From an uncultured Solirubrobacterales bacterium (GTDB lineage: Bacteria > Actinomycetota > Thermoleophilia > Solirubrobacterales > Solirubrobacteraceae), in contig CAWCFB010000001.1 of NCBI GenBank assembly GCA_963794825.1, positions 737,528 to 801,527 of the forward strand: 64,000 nt of DNA, given 5' to 3'. A program made the position numbers and the translations under genes. Below the pieces are notes generated by a model, which ran no database searches, was not told where the DNA came from, and saw nothing but the letters and a program-made list of their open reading frames with translations. Shown here piece by piece: positions 31,980 to 41,413 of the stretch. Position 1 is the stretch's first letter. Each line of letters begins with the position of its first letter.

Positions 31980-32428
31980 TCTCAGCGGGAGAGCCCGCGC
32001 CTCAGTTCACGCTCGCCCGGGCGGACGGCTCACAATTCACCAACGCCGACCTCGAGGGCCAGACGACGGTGTTCGTCTTCTACCCGTTCGCGTTCAGTCC
32101 GGTGTGCACAGACCAGCTCAACCTCTACCAGGAGGTGCTGGACGACTTTGCCGCGCACGGCGCGACGCTGTATGGAGTCTCGTGCGACGCCACCTGGTCG
32201 CAGACGGCGTTCAGGGACGCGCTCGGGGTAAGCATCGAACAGCTCTCTGACTTCGAGCCCAAGGGGGAGACGTGCCGTGCGTTCGGCGTCTACCACGCCG
32301 GCGGCTTTCCGCAGCGCGCGCTGGTGATCATCGGCCCGGACGGGATCGTCAAGTGGTCGTACGAGGCCGACTCTCCCGGCGACTTGCCGGGCGCCAACCT
32401 GATCTTCGACGGCCTGGCCACCGTCTGA
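31976..32428 (+). CDS. AhpE-like peroxiredoxin
   Basis: [28 protein letters not shown]. Confidence 0.88.
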   Translation: MISAGEPAPQFTLARADGSQFTNADLEGQTTVFVFYPFAFSPVCTDQLNLYQEVLDDFAAHGATLYGVSCDATWSQTAFRDALGVSIEQLSDFEPKGETCRAFGVYHAGGFPQRALVIIGPDGIVKWSYEADSPGDLPGANLIFDGLATV

Positions 32429-32437
32429 GCGCCGCTG

Positions 32438-33002
32438 ATGGGGGCGGTTGATCTCGGGTCGGCGCCGGTCCCGCCGCCCTCGCCGGACGATCACACCCGC
32501 GGACCGGAGGGCGCCCCGCTGCTGATCGAGTACGCCGATTTCGAGTGCCCGTTCTGCGCAGCGCTCACCGTGCGCCTCGCGGGGCGCGGGTTGCGCCGCG
32601 TGTTCAGGCACTTCCCGGTGCGCTCGTCGCATCCGCGCGCTTGGGCGGCGGCCTGCGCGGCCGAAGCCGCCGGCCTTACAGGGGCGCTTCTGGGAGATGC
32701 ACGACTCGCTGTTCGAAGACCAGGGTCGGCTGGAGGATCCGCATCTGTGGGAACGGGCCCGGAGGCTGGGCCTGGACCTCGAGCGATTTGACCACGACCG
32801 CCGCAGCGACGCGGTCCACGCCCGGGTCAAGGCTGATTTTCAGTCGGGGGTGCGCGCCGGCGTGGTCACGACCCCGACGGTGTTCTGCTCGGCCGGGATG
32901 CACGCGGGGCAGATCGACGAGCGTGTGCTCGACCGTCTGGCCGAACTCTGTAATCAGGCCGTCTTCTGCGCGGAGGTCAACGACGCCCGCTCGAAGTCCT
33001 GA
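32438..33002 (+). CDS. DsbA-family thiol-disulfide oxidoreductase; frameshift near 32677
   Basis: [21 protein letters not shown] then QGRFWEMHD...GVVTTPT in the next frame. Confidence 0.85.
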
Positions 33003-33613
33003 ATCGTCGGCGCCCGCCCCCGGAGCGGCTGCTGGGACGCGGCCACGCTGATCGCCGCACGGACCAGGTCGAGCTGACGCTGGGCGATCTGCGGGTCGAC
33101 GTGGTGAAGCGCCACCGCCGCCTCGCAGGCGCCCTTGATCATCATCAGCAGGTCAACCGCGCCGACGTCGGTACGGATCGTGCCCGCCTCCTGCGCGCGC
33201 GCCACGAGCTGCTCGATCACGCCGACCAGGTCCTCGTAAGCCTTGAGGATCTCCGGGTTGGCCAGGAACGTGTCGTGAACGGCCTCGAACAGCGCGCGGT
33301 CGGTCTGCTGGCGGCCCACCATCTCCTGCATCAGCTCAAACAGAGCGTCTTCGGGGTCGGGCGCCGCCAGCAGCACCCGGCCCCGCTCGGTCACCTCGCG
33401 CATCTTCTCCGAGACGATCGCCGCGATCAGGTCCTCTTTGGTGGCGAAGTTCCGGAACAGCGTCCCGCGCCCGACCCCGGCCTGCGCGGCGATCTCGGCC
33501 ACGCCGACATCCAAGCCGCGCTCTGAGAACACGTCCTGTGCCGCGTCGAGCAGCCGCCGGCGGTTTCGCTCGGCGTCCGCCCGGAGGGGCCTTGTCTCTC
33601 CCATCGCATCCAT
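32954..33613 (-). CDS. TetR-family regulator
   Basis: LRADAERNRRRLL, IAAQAGVGRGTLFRNF. Confidence 0.93.
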   Translation of the reverse strand: MDAMGETRPLRADAERNRRRLLDAAQDVFSERGLDVGVAEIAAQAGVGRGTLFRNFATKEDLIAAIVSEKMREVTERGRVLLAAPDPEDALFELMQEMVGRQQTDRALFEAVHDTFLANPEILKAYEDLVGVIEQLVARAQEAGTIRTDVGAVDLLMMIKGACEAAVALHHVDPQIAQRQLDLVRAAISVAASQQPLRGRAPTIQDFERASLTSAQKTA

Positions 33614-33619
33614 ATTCTC

Positions 33620-35068
33620 CTACGCCGCGGCGGTAAGCGCGCTGACATCCAGATCGAGGTGCTCGATGTGCCGCCGCCGCAGCATCACGACCAGCAGCGC
33701 ACCGCCGGCGATGAGCATCCCGGCCGCGATCGTGAACGCGAGCTGGAAGCCGCCCACGCGGGCCGCCGCAGCCGCCGCGCCGCCGTGCAGCAGGCTGGTC
33801 GTGCGGCTCGCAGCGAACGTCGACATCAGCGCCAGTCCGAGCGAGCCACCGACCTGCTGGGAGGTGTTGAACAGGCCGGACGCCAGGCCGGCATCGTCGG
33901 ACTCGACGCCACCGGTCGCCAGCAGCGTGATCGGGACGAAGGTCAGCCCGATGCCGATGCTGAGCGGCAGCAGCCCGCTGAGCAGATCGCCCGCATAGCT
34001 GCCGTGGACGCTGACACCGGTCAGCAGCACCATGCCGACGGCCGCGAGCATGAACCCAGCGACCGCAACGGCGCGGGCGCCGAACCGCTTGATCAGCTGC
34101 TGGGAGAGGACCGAGCCGATGATGATGCCGACGGTCGCCGGCAGGAACGCGAACCCGGCCCGCAGCGGGCTGTAGCCGAGGATGTCCTGCACGTACAGCG
34201 AGGCGAAGAAGAACATCCCGAACATCGCCGAGGCGAGCAGCAGCAGCGCGCCGTCGGCCATCGCCAGCGAGCGCACGCGGAAGATCCCGAGCCGGATCAG
34301 CGGCGCGACGCTGCGGCGCTCGATCACGACGAACAGTCCCAGCACGGCGAGGCCACCGGCCAGCAGCCCGATCGTCCGCGGCGAGCCCCAGCCCCAGGGC
34401 TGGGCCTGAATGATCGCGAACACGATCATGACGAGGCCACCGGTGACGGTGATCGCCCCGGCCAGGTCAAACGCACGGTGGGCGTTCTGAGCGCGGGACT
34501 CCGGGACGAAGCGGGTCGCGAGCATCACGGTCAGTACCCCGACCGGGACGTTGACGATGAAGATCCACGGCCACGAGACGAGGTCGGTCAGGACGCCACC
34601 GAGGAGCAGCCCGGCCGCGGCGCCGCCGGCGGCGATCGCGCTCCAGACGCCGAGCGCGCGCGTGCGCTCGCTGTTATCGGTGAACGTGGTCGTGATGATC
34701 GACATCGCGGCCGGCGAGACGAGCGCGCCGCCGAGACCCTGGAGCGCCCGACCGGCGATCAGCATCCCGGAGGACTGCGCGAGGCCGTTGAGCAAGGAGG
34801 CGGCCGAGAACAGCGCGACGCCGATGATGAACAGCCGCCGGCGGCCGAGGAGGTCGGCGGCGCGCCCGCCGAGCATCAAAAAGCCGCCGAAGAAGAGCGT
34901 GTATCCGTTGATCACCCAGGGCAGCGATGACGCGGAGAAATGAAGCCCGCGCTGGATCGAGGGCAGCGCAACGTTCACGATCGTCGAGTCGAGCACGACC
35001 ATGAACTGCGCCAGGCAAGCGATAACCAGGACCAACCAGCGGTTCGACGGGGGTGATTCTGGGTGCAT
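33620..35068 (-). CDS. DHA2 (EmrB/QacA) MFS efflux transporter
   Basis: DSTIVNVALP, GGRAADLLGRRR, WIFIVNVPVG; SD AAGGAG before ATG 35068. Confidence 0.93.
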   Translation of the reverse strand: MHPESPPSNRWLVLVIACLAQFMVVLDSTIVNVALPSIQRGLHFSASSLPWVINGYTLFFGGFLMLGGRAADLLGRRRLFIIGVALFSAASLLNGLAQSSGMLIAGRALQGLGGALVSPAAMSIITTTFTDNSERTRALGVWSAIAAGGAAAGLLLGGVLTDLVSWPWIFIVNVPVGVLTVMLATRFVPESRAQNAHRAFDLAGAITVTGGLVMIVFAIIQAQPWGWGSPRTIGLLAGGLAVLGLFVVIERRSVAPLIRLGIFRVRSLAMADGALLLLASAMFGMFFFASLYVQDILGYSPLRAGFAFLPATVGIIIGSVLSQQLIKRFGARAVAVAGFMLAAVGMVLLTGVSVHGSYAGDLLSGLLPLSIGIGLTFVPITLLATGGVESDDAGLASGLFNTSQQVGGSLGLALMSTFAASRTTSLLHGGAAAAAARVGGFQLAFTIAAGMLIAGGALLVVMLRRRHIEHLDLDVSALTAAA

Positions 35069-35097
35069 TCGAGGCTCCTTAACCCTGGGGGTGTGTA

Positions 35098-35153
35098 AAC
35101 TGGACCATCCGGTCCGGTTACCGTACCACATAACCGGACCGTGCGGTCCGTTT
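35098..35153. promoter_or_regulatory. Two TetR-type operators flanking the -10 of the MFS-TetR operon
   Basis: AACTGGACC-ATCC-GGTCCGGTT (35098-35119) and AACCGGACC-GTGC-GGTCCGTTT (35132-35153); minus-strand TGG-TACGGT between them. Confidence 0.75.
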
Positions 35154-35285
35154 GTGTGGGCGGTTGCACACGACCCGGCGAAAGGCCGGTCCTAGGGCAG
35201 CCCGCTACCATCCCGTGGGTTCGGAACGAAACGAAGAAACGAAGCACTCTGCCGACCGAAGGGCGGAGCAAGAAGGGAACTGAAT

Positions 35286-37604
35286 ATGTCTGACGCCGTT
35301 ACGCGCGTGTCCGTCGAGATCGCGGGCAAGGAGATCTCGTTCGAGACCGGCAAGCTGGCCAAACAGGCCTCCGGCGCCGTTGTCGTCCAAACGGGCGACA
35401 CGATGGTCCTCTGTACCGCCACTGCGGGCAACCTCCGCGATGTGGATTTTCTGCCCTTGACGGTTGACGTCGAGGAGCGCATGTATGCCGCCGGGAAGAT
35501 CCCCGGCTCGTTCTTTAAGCGCGAGGGTCGCGCGGGGGAGAAGGCGACGCTCACTGCGCGCCTGATCGACCGGCCGATCCGGCCGCTGTTCCCCAAGGGC
35601 TGGCGTTATGAGACCCAGCTCGTGGCACTGCCCATGTCGGTTGACCACGTCAACCCGTACGACATGCTGGCGATGAACGGCGCCTCCGCTGCGCTGATGG
35701 TCTCCAACGTGCCGTTCCCCGCGCCGGTCGGCGCGGTCCGGATCGGCAAGGTCGACGGCAACTTCGTCGTCAACCCCGACGAGGAAGACCTAGTCGACGA
35801 CACCGACCTCGATCTGATTGTCGCTGGCACCGAAGACGCGATCCTGATGGTCGAGGCGGGGGCCAACGAGATTCCCGAGGCCGAGATCCTCGACGCACTT
35901 GACATCGCCCACGACGCGATCAAGAAGCTGTGCGCCGCCCAGCGCGAGCTCCAGGAGAAGGCCGGTAAGGAGAAGACCGCGGTCGAAGTTCCGCAGGTTG
36001 ACGAGAACCTCTACGAGCAGATCAAGGCCTCCCATGGCGAGGCGCTCGACGCCGCGACCCAGGTCGAGGACAAGCTCGAGCGCCAGGATGCGACCAAGGC
36101 GGTCGAGGAACAGGTGCTCGCGCAGTACTCGGGCGAGCCTGAGACCGAGACCTACGCGGAGTACCGCGCGAACGCGCAGCGCGCGTTCGACAAGCTCGAG
36201 AAGACGCTCGTCCGCGAGCGGATCGCCGTGCACAAGAAGCGTCCGGACGGCCGCTCGACCGATGAGATCCGTCCGATCTCGATCGAGGTCAGCGTCGCCC
36301 CGCGGACGCACGGCTCGGCGCTGTTCACGCGTGGTCAGACCCAGGCGTTCAGCGTCGCCGCGCTCGGCACGACGCGCGAGGAGATGCGGCTCGACACGCT
36401 CGGGCTGGAGACCACCAAGCGGTACTTCCACCACTACAACTTCCCGCCGTTCAGCGTCGGAGAGGCCGGCTTCATGCGCGGGCCCAAGCGCCGCGACATC
36501 GGCCACGGCGCGCTCGCCGAGCGGGCGCTCGTCCCGATGATCCCGAGTCAGGAGGAGTTCCCGTACACGATCCGGGTCGTCTCGGACATTCTCGAGTCCA
36601 ACGGATCGTCGTCGATGGCCAGCGTGTGTGGCTCGACGCTCTCGCTGATGGACGCCGGGGTACCGATCAAGGCGCCGGTGGCGGGGATCGCCATGGGCCT
36701 GATTAAGGAGGGTGACGAGTACGTCATCCTCACCGACATCGCCGGCGTCGAGGACCACCTCGGCGACATGGACTTCAAGGTCGCCGGCACCCGCGACGGG
36801 ATCACCGCGTTGCAGATGGACATCAAGATCACGGGCGTTACGTTCGAGATCATGCGCGACGCGCTCTCGCAGGCGAAGGTCGCGCGCGAATTCATCCTCG
36901 GCGAGATGACGAAGGTGATCGACGCGCCGCGCTCGGAGCTGTCTAAGTACGCCCCGGGAATCGCCAGTGTCCAGATCGACCCCGAGAAGATCGGCTTGCT
37001 GATCGGCAAGGGCGGCGAGACGATCCGCTCGCTCCAAGAGGAGTTCGAGTCCCAGATCGACGTCAACGACGAGGGCATGGTGCTCGTCTACGCCGCCGAC
37101 CGCGAGCGGGGCGACGCGCTGGTCGAGCGGATCCGCTCGATGACCAAGGAGGTCGAGGTCGGCGACTCGTTCAGCGGAAAGGTGGTCAAGACGACCACGT
37201 TCGGCGCGTTCGTGGAGCTCTCGAAGGGCACCGACGGCCTGCTGCACATCTCGAACGTGGCCCCGGGACGCCGGATCGACACCGTCGAGGAGGTCCTCAA
37301 CAAGGGCGACGAGATCGAGGTTCGCGTCGTCGAGGTCGACCGCGAGCGGGGCCGGATCGGCCTGCGGCTGGCGGACGACCCGGAGGTCGCCGGAAAGAGC
37401 GTCGAGGAGCTCTCGACGGTCGGTAGCGGCGGCTCGGGCCCCCCGCGGCGCGATCGCGGGGGTGACCGCGACCGCGGCCGCAATGGCCGCGGCGACCGCG
37501 GGGGTCGTGGCGACCGTGGCGATCGAGGGGACCGCGGTGACCGCGGCGGTGACCGCGAGGGCGGTCGCGTGCGCGACCGCGATCCGGACCGCCCGCGCTA
37601 CTAG
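35286..37604 (+). CDS. pnp: Polynucleotide phosphorylase
   Basis: FETGKLAKQA, LESNGSSSMAS, GDMDFKVAG, KH and S1 domains; RGD-rich tail. Confidence 0.98.
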   Translation: MSDAVTRVSVEIAGKEISFETGKLAKQASGAVVVQTGDTMVLCTATAGNLRDVDFLPLTVDVEERMYAAGKIPGSFFKREGRAGEKATLTARLIDRPIRPLFPKGWRYETQLVALPMSVDHVNPYDMLAMNGASAALMVSNVPFPAPVGAVRIGKVDGNFVVNPDEEDLVDDTDLDLIVAGTEDAILMVEAGANEIPEAEILDALDIAHDAIKKLCAAQRELQEKAGKEKTAVEVPQVDENLYEQIKASHGEALDAATQVEDKLERQDATKAVEEQVLAQYSGEPETETYAEYRANAQRAFDKLEKTLVRERIAVHKKRPDGRSTDEIRPISIEVSVAPRTHGSALFTRGQTQAFSVAALGTTREEMRLDTLGLETTKRYFHHYNFPPFSVGEAGFMRGPKRRDIGHGALAERALVPMIPSQEEFPYTIRVVSDILESNGSSSMASVCGSTLSLMDAGVPIKAPVAGIAMGLIKEGDEYVILTDIAGVEDHLGDMDFKVAGTRDGITALQMDIKITGVTFEIMRDALSQAKVAREFILGEMTKVIDAPRSELSKYAPGIASVQIDPEKIGLLIGKGGETIRSLQEEFESQIDVNDEGMVLVYAADRERGDALVERIRSMTKEVEVGDSFSGKVVKTTTFGAFVELSKGTDGLLHISNVAPGRRIDTVEEVLNKGDEIEVRVVEVDRERGRIGLRLADDPEVAGKSVEELSTVGSGGSGPPRRDRGGDRDRGRNGRGDRGGRGDRGDRGDRGDRGGDREGGRVRDRDPDRPRY

Positions 37605-37613
37605 AGCTCGGCC

Positions 37614-38900
37614 GTGGCCGCAGAGCATCGGCTGACCACGCTCCCATCCGGCGTTCGGATCGTGACGGAGGAGATGTCCTCCGTCCGATCCGTCTCGCTC
37701 GGGTTCTGGGTGGGGACCGGATCGAGGGCTGAGACCGATGAGCAGGCCGGGCTTTCGCACCTGCTCGAACACCTGCTGTTCAAGGGAACGGCCAGATACA
37801 GCTCGCTCGAGATCGATCAGATCTTCGATGCGATGGGCGCCGAGCTGAACGCTGGGACCGGCAAGGAGACGACGTCGGTTTACGCCCGCGTGATCGAGTC
37901 ACATCTGCCCGAGGCGTTCGACGTCATGGCGGACATGGTCTTCCGGCCGGCCCTGTCGGATATCGACTCCGAGCGGGAGGTGATCCTCGAGGAGATCGCG
38001 ATGTATGAGGACGACCCGCAGGAGAAGGTGTTCGACGTGCTCGGCGAGGCAGTGTTCGGCGAGCACCCCCTGGGGCGGGCGATCATCGGCCGGGCGCCAG
38101 TGATCGCGCAGACGCCGGCCGATCAGATCGCGTCGTTCCATCACGGTCGGTATGCGCCTGCCAACGTGGTGATCGCAGCCGCCGGGGCGATCGACCACGA
38201 CGCTTTCGTCGCGCTGGCAGCCGAGCGGGTCGGCGAGGTCGCCGGCGACCCGCCTGCATCTCCGTGGGGGCCGCCGGCGCCGGAATTCTCCGCCGCGCGC
38301 CGCCGCTTCGAGCGCAAGGACACCGAGCAGTACCACGTGTGCGTCGGCGGGCTTGGCCTCTCACGGCATGACGACCGGCGGTTCGCGCTCCGCGTGCTCG
38401 ACACGATCTTCGGCGGCACGAGCTCATCGCGCCTGTTCCAGCAGGTGCGCGAACAACGCGGGCTCGCGTACGCGGTGTACTCGTTCACCGCGGGGTACCA
38501 GGACTCGGGGCAGGTGGGGCTTTACGTCGGCACGCGGGGCGACAACCTCGCAGAGGCGATGACCGTCGTCGATGCCGAGCTCGCCCACGCGCTGTCCGAG
38601 CCGGCCACCGGGGAAGAGCTCGACCGGGCCAAGGAGAACCTCAAGGGACGTGTCGTGCTCGCGCTGGAGTCGACCGGCGCACGGATGAACCGGCTCGGAT
38701 CAGAACTGCTCGCCGGCGCGCCGTTGCAGTCGATCGACGAGGTCGTGGCGCGGATAGACGCGGTCACGATCGACGACCTCCGCCAGCTGGTGGAAGAGCT
38801 GTGGGCTCCCGAGCGGCTTTCGGTGGCGGGGATCGGCCCCGACGAGGACCGGTTCGACGAGGCGGTGGCGGGAATCGCCGGCGCCCGCGCAGTGGCGTGA
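37614..38900 (+). CDS. M16 family zinc peptidase
   Basis: HLLEH inverted zinc motif, SSRLFQQVREQRGLAY. Confidence 0.94.
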   Translation: MAAEHRLTTLPSGVRIVTEEMSSVRSVSLGFWVGTGSRAETDEQAGLSHLLEHLLFKGTARYSSLEIDQIFDAMGAELNAGTGKETTSVYARVIESHLPEAFDVMADMVFRPALSDIDSEREVILEEIAMYEDDPQEKVFDVLGEAVFGEHPLGRAIIGRAPVIAQTPADQIASFHHGRYAPANVVIAAAGAIDHDAFVALAAERVGEVAGDPPASPWGPPAPEFSAARRRFERKDTEQYHVCVGGLGLSRHDDRRFALRVLDTIFGGTSSSRLFQQVREQRGLAYAVYSFTAGYQDSGQVGLYVGTRGDNLAEAMTVVDAELAHALSEPATGEELDRAKENLKGRVVLALESTGARMNRLGSELLAGAPLQSIDEVVARIDAVTIDDLRQLVEELWAPERLSVAGIGPDEDRFDEAVAGIAGARAVA

Positions 38901-39559
38901 TCCGCGTAGCCGTCGCCGGCGCCGCCGGGAGGATGGGGGAGACCGTCTGCCGCGCCGTGCAGGACGCCGAGGACATGCAGTGCGTCGCACGCGCCGACCC
39001 CGCGCTGGGCACGTCGCTGGCGGATGCCCTCCAGAGCTCGCCGGACGTGCTCGTCGACTTCACCGTTCCGGACACCGCCATCGCGAACGCCCGCGACGCC
39101 GTGGCAGCGGGCGTCCATGTCGTGGTGGGAACGACCGGCTTCGACGTCGATCAGCTGCGGGGACTGACCGGGGCGAACATCTTCATCGCGCCGAACTTCG
39201 CGATCGGCGCCGTGCTGATGACCAAGTTCGCCGTCGAGGCGTTCGAGCACATGGCAAAGGCGGAGATCATCGAGCTCCACCATGACCGCAAGGTCGACGC
39301 CCCCAGCGGCACCGCCGCACGGACCGCCGCGCTGATGGCGGCGGCGGCTCCGGACAAACCCGTGCCGCCGATCCACTCCGTCCGCCTCCCGGGGCTGGTG
39401 GCCCACCAGGAGGTGATCCTCGGCGACGTCGGCCAGACGTTGACGATCCGTCACGACTCCATCGACCGCCAGTCGTTCATGCCCGGTGTGCTGCTGGCCA
39501 TCCGCAAGGTTGGATCGCTGACCGAGTCGCCGGTGATCGGGCTCGAGCGCCTGCTCTAG
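38897..39559 (+). CDS. dapB: 4-hydroxy-tetrahydrodipicolinate reductase
   Basis: GAAGRMG, GTTG, ELHHDRKVDAPSGTA. Confidence 0.96.
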   Translation: MIRVAVAGAAGRMGETVCRAVQDAEDMQCVARADPALGTSLADALQSSPDVLVDFTVPDTAIANARDAVAAGVHVVVGTTGFDVDQLRGLTGANIFIAPNFAIGAVLMTKFAVEAFEHMAKAEIIELHHDRKVDAPSGTAARTAALMAAAAPDKPVPPIHSVRLPGLVAHQEVILGDVGQTLTIRHDSIDRQSFMPGVLLAIRKVGSLTESPVIGLERLL

Positions 39560-39579
39560 CGGCTAAGGCCTTATCCAGC

Positions 39580-40242
39580 TCAGGCCTGGCGCCCGGTCTG
39601 AGACGCCGCGGCGGCCACGGCCGCCTGAACTAGGCTCACGTACCAGTCGACGACCATCTCCCTGGGTACTGACGGCTGCTCGAGCCACCAGTTGGCCAGC
39701 GATTCGCCCGCCCCGACGATCGCGTGCGCGATCCCATCGCTGGCGTGCGGGGCCATCTCGAAGCCCGCGGCGCTGGCCTCCTCGATCATCCGGCAGACCG
39801 CTGCGGCGATCCGCCGGCGCAGGTCGGCGACCTCCTCCGCGAGCGGCCGGTTCGAGGCGGCCTCGGCGAACAGTACGCGCCATCCGTCTCGGTGCTCGTC
39901 GACGAACTCGAGGAACTCCGTGATCCTGGCCCGCAGCCGCTCGAGCGGAGGGTCCTCAGGGCGCCCCGAGCGCTCGAGCCGGTCGAGCAGCTGGCGCCCG
40001 GTCCGCTCGATATACGCGAGGTACAGCTGCTCCTTGGAGCCGAAATACGCGTATACCACCGGCTTTGAGACCTCTGCGCCGGCGGCGATCTCGTCCATCG
40101 AAGCCGAGTGGTAGCCATCGCGCGCGAACGCGCCGCCGGCCACATCGAGGATCAGCTGCTCGCGTGCCGCTCTGGGCATCCCGTGCGTCCCCCGCTTGGG
40201 GGACGTGCGCCGGCGGGCTCGGCTCGCGGCCTTTGATCGCAT
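39580..40242 (-). CDS. TetR-family regulator (start 40242 or 40179)
   Basis: SMDEIAAGAEVSKPVVYAYFGSK; divergent from the desaturase operon. Confidence 0.9.
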   Translation of the reverse strand: MRSKAASRARRRTSPKRGTHGMPRAAREQLILDVAGGAFARDGYHSASMDEIAAGAEVSKPVVYAYFGSKEQLYLAYIERTGRQLLDRLERSGRPEDPPLERLRARITEFLEFVDEHRDGWRVLFAEAASNRPLAEEVADLRRRIAAAVCRMIEEASAAGFEMAPHASDGIAHAIVGAGESLANWWLEQPSVPREMVVDWYVSLVQAAVAAAASQTGRQA

Positions 40243-40285
40243 CTTGTTTTTCGAATGGTCCTTGTGGGAAGTTACTCTTGAGTAG

Positions 40286-41413
40286 ATGCCCGAACGTGGC
40301 GCGCCCCCAAACGTTCATCCGATCCAGCGGCGATTGTTGCGAGCGCTTTCAGCGTTCAGCTCACCGCTGCTTCCGGATGACTACCTCGAACTGATCAATC
40401 CGCTGTGGTCCACAAGGGAACTCCGTGGACGGGTCGAGGAGATCAGACACGAGACACCGGAAGCGGCGACCGTCATGATCAAACCCGGCTACCGGTGGAT
40501 GGGCCACAAGGCGGGCCAGTATCTGCGGATCGGCGTCGACATCAACGGCGTCCGCCACTGGCGCGCGTACTCGCTCACCTCCGATCCGTATCGCTCGGAC
40601 GGCATGATCAGCATCACCGTCAAGAGCGTCGACGAGGGCAAGGTCTCGTCTTATTTGGTGCGGCGAGGCGAGCCCGGGACGATCGTCGGACTCGGTGGTG
40701 TCGAGGGCGATTTCGTCCTGCCCGATCCGCCACCGCCGAAGCTGCTGTTCATCAGCGCCGGAAGCGGAATCACCCCGATCATGAGCATGCTCCGCCATCT
40801 CGACGGCGACGACGAGTTGAAGGACGCGGTGCTCCTTCATTCGGCGCGCCGCACCGATCTCGTGATCTTCGGCGACGAGCTGCGCGAGCTCGAGCGTCGG
40901 GTTGAGGGGTTCAAGCTGCATCTGCAGCTGACCGGTGAGTCCGGCCGGATGACGCCCGCCGACCTCGACCAGCTGTGTCCCGGATTGGCGGGAGCGCGAA
41001 ACGTACATCTCGGGCCCGAGCGACATGCTCGATGCGTTCGACCGCCACTACGACGAGTGCGGCGACTGCGATCGGCTCCACATGGAGCGCTTCCAGCCGC
41101 TAGCTTGGTCTCGGCGAGGCCGGGGAGGGGCGAAGGTGGCACGATCAAGTTCTGCAAGTCCAAGGCGGAGGCCGAGTCCGACGGCCACAAGCCGATTCTC
41201 GTGGCCGGCGAGGAGGCCGGGCTCGACCTGCCGTATGGGTGCCGGGAAGGGATCTGTCACACGTGCGTGGGCGAGCTCCGGACCGGCCGGGTGAGAGACC
41301 TGCGCAACGGCGAGGTTTACGGGCAGGAGGGCGAAGTGATCAGGACGTGCATCAGCGCGCCGGAGGGACCGATCGAGATCGATCTGTTAACCACCAGTAG
41401 GGGAGACCGATGA
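40286..41413 (+). CDS. Ferredoxin reductase, partner of a DesA3-type desaturase; several internal frameshifts, true stop probably 41390
   Basis: GQY, RAYSL, SAGSGITP, YGCREGICHTC...TC 2Fe-2S; segment DWRERETYISGP is out of frame between ~40981 and ~41130. Confidence 0.85.
   Translation: MPERGAPPNVHPIQRRLLRALSAFSSPLLPDDYLELINPLWSTRELRGRVEEIRHETPEAATVMIKPGYRWMGHKAGQYLRIGVDINGVRHWRAYSLTSDPYRSDGMISITVKSVDEGKVSSYLVRRGEPGTIVGLGGVEGDFVLPDPPPPKLLFISAGSGITPIMSMLRHLDGDDELKDAVLLHSARRTDLVIFGDELRELERRVEGFKLHLQLTGESGRMTPADLDQLCPGLAGARNVHLGPERHARCVRPPLRRVRRLRSAPHGALPAASLVSARPGRGEGGTIKFCKSKAEAESDGHKPILVAGEEAGLDLPYGCREGICHTCVGELRTGRVRDLRNGEVYGQEGEVIRTCISAPEGPIEIDLLTTSRGDR

Noticed and set aside
35790-37772. 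Long antisense ORFs (660 aa opposite pnp; similar ones opposite recA, rny, infB and the transglutaminase)
   Set aside because: Expected shadow ORFs of high-GC codon usage; no recognisable motifs.
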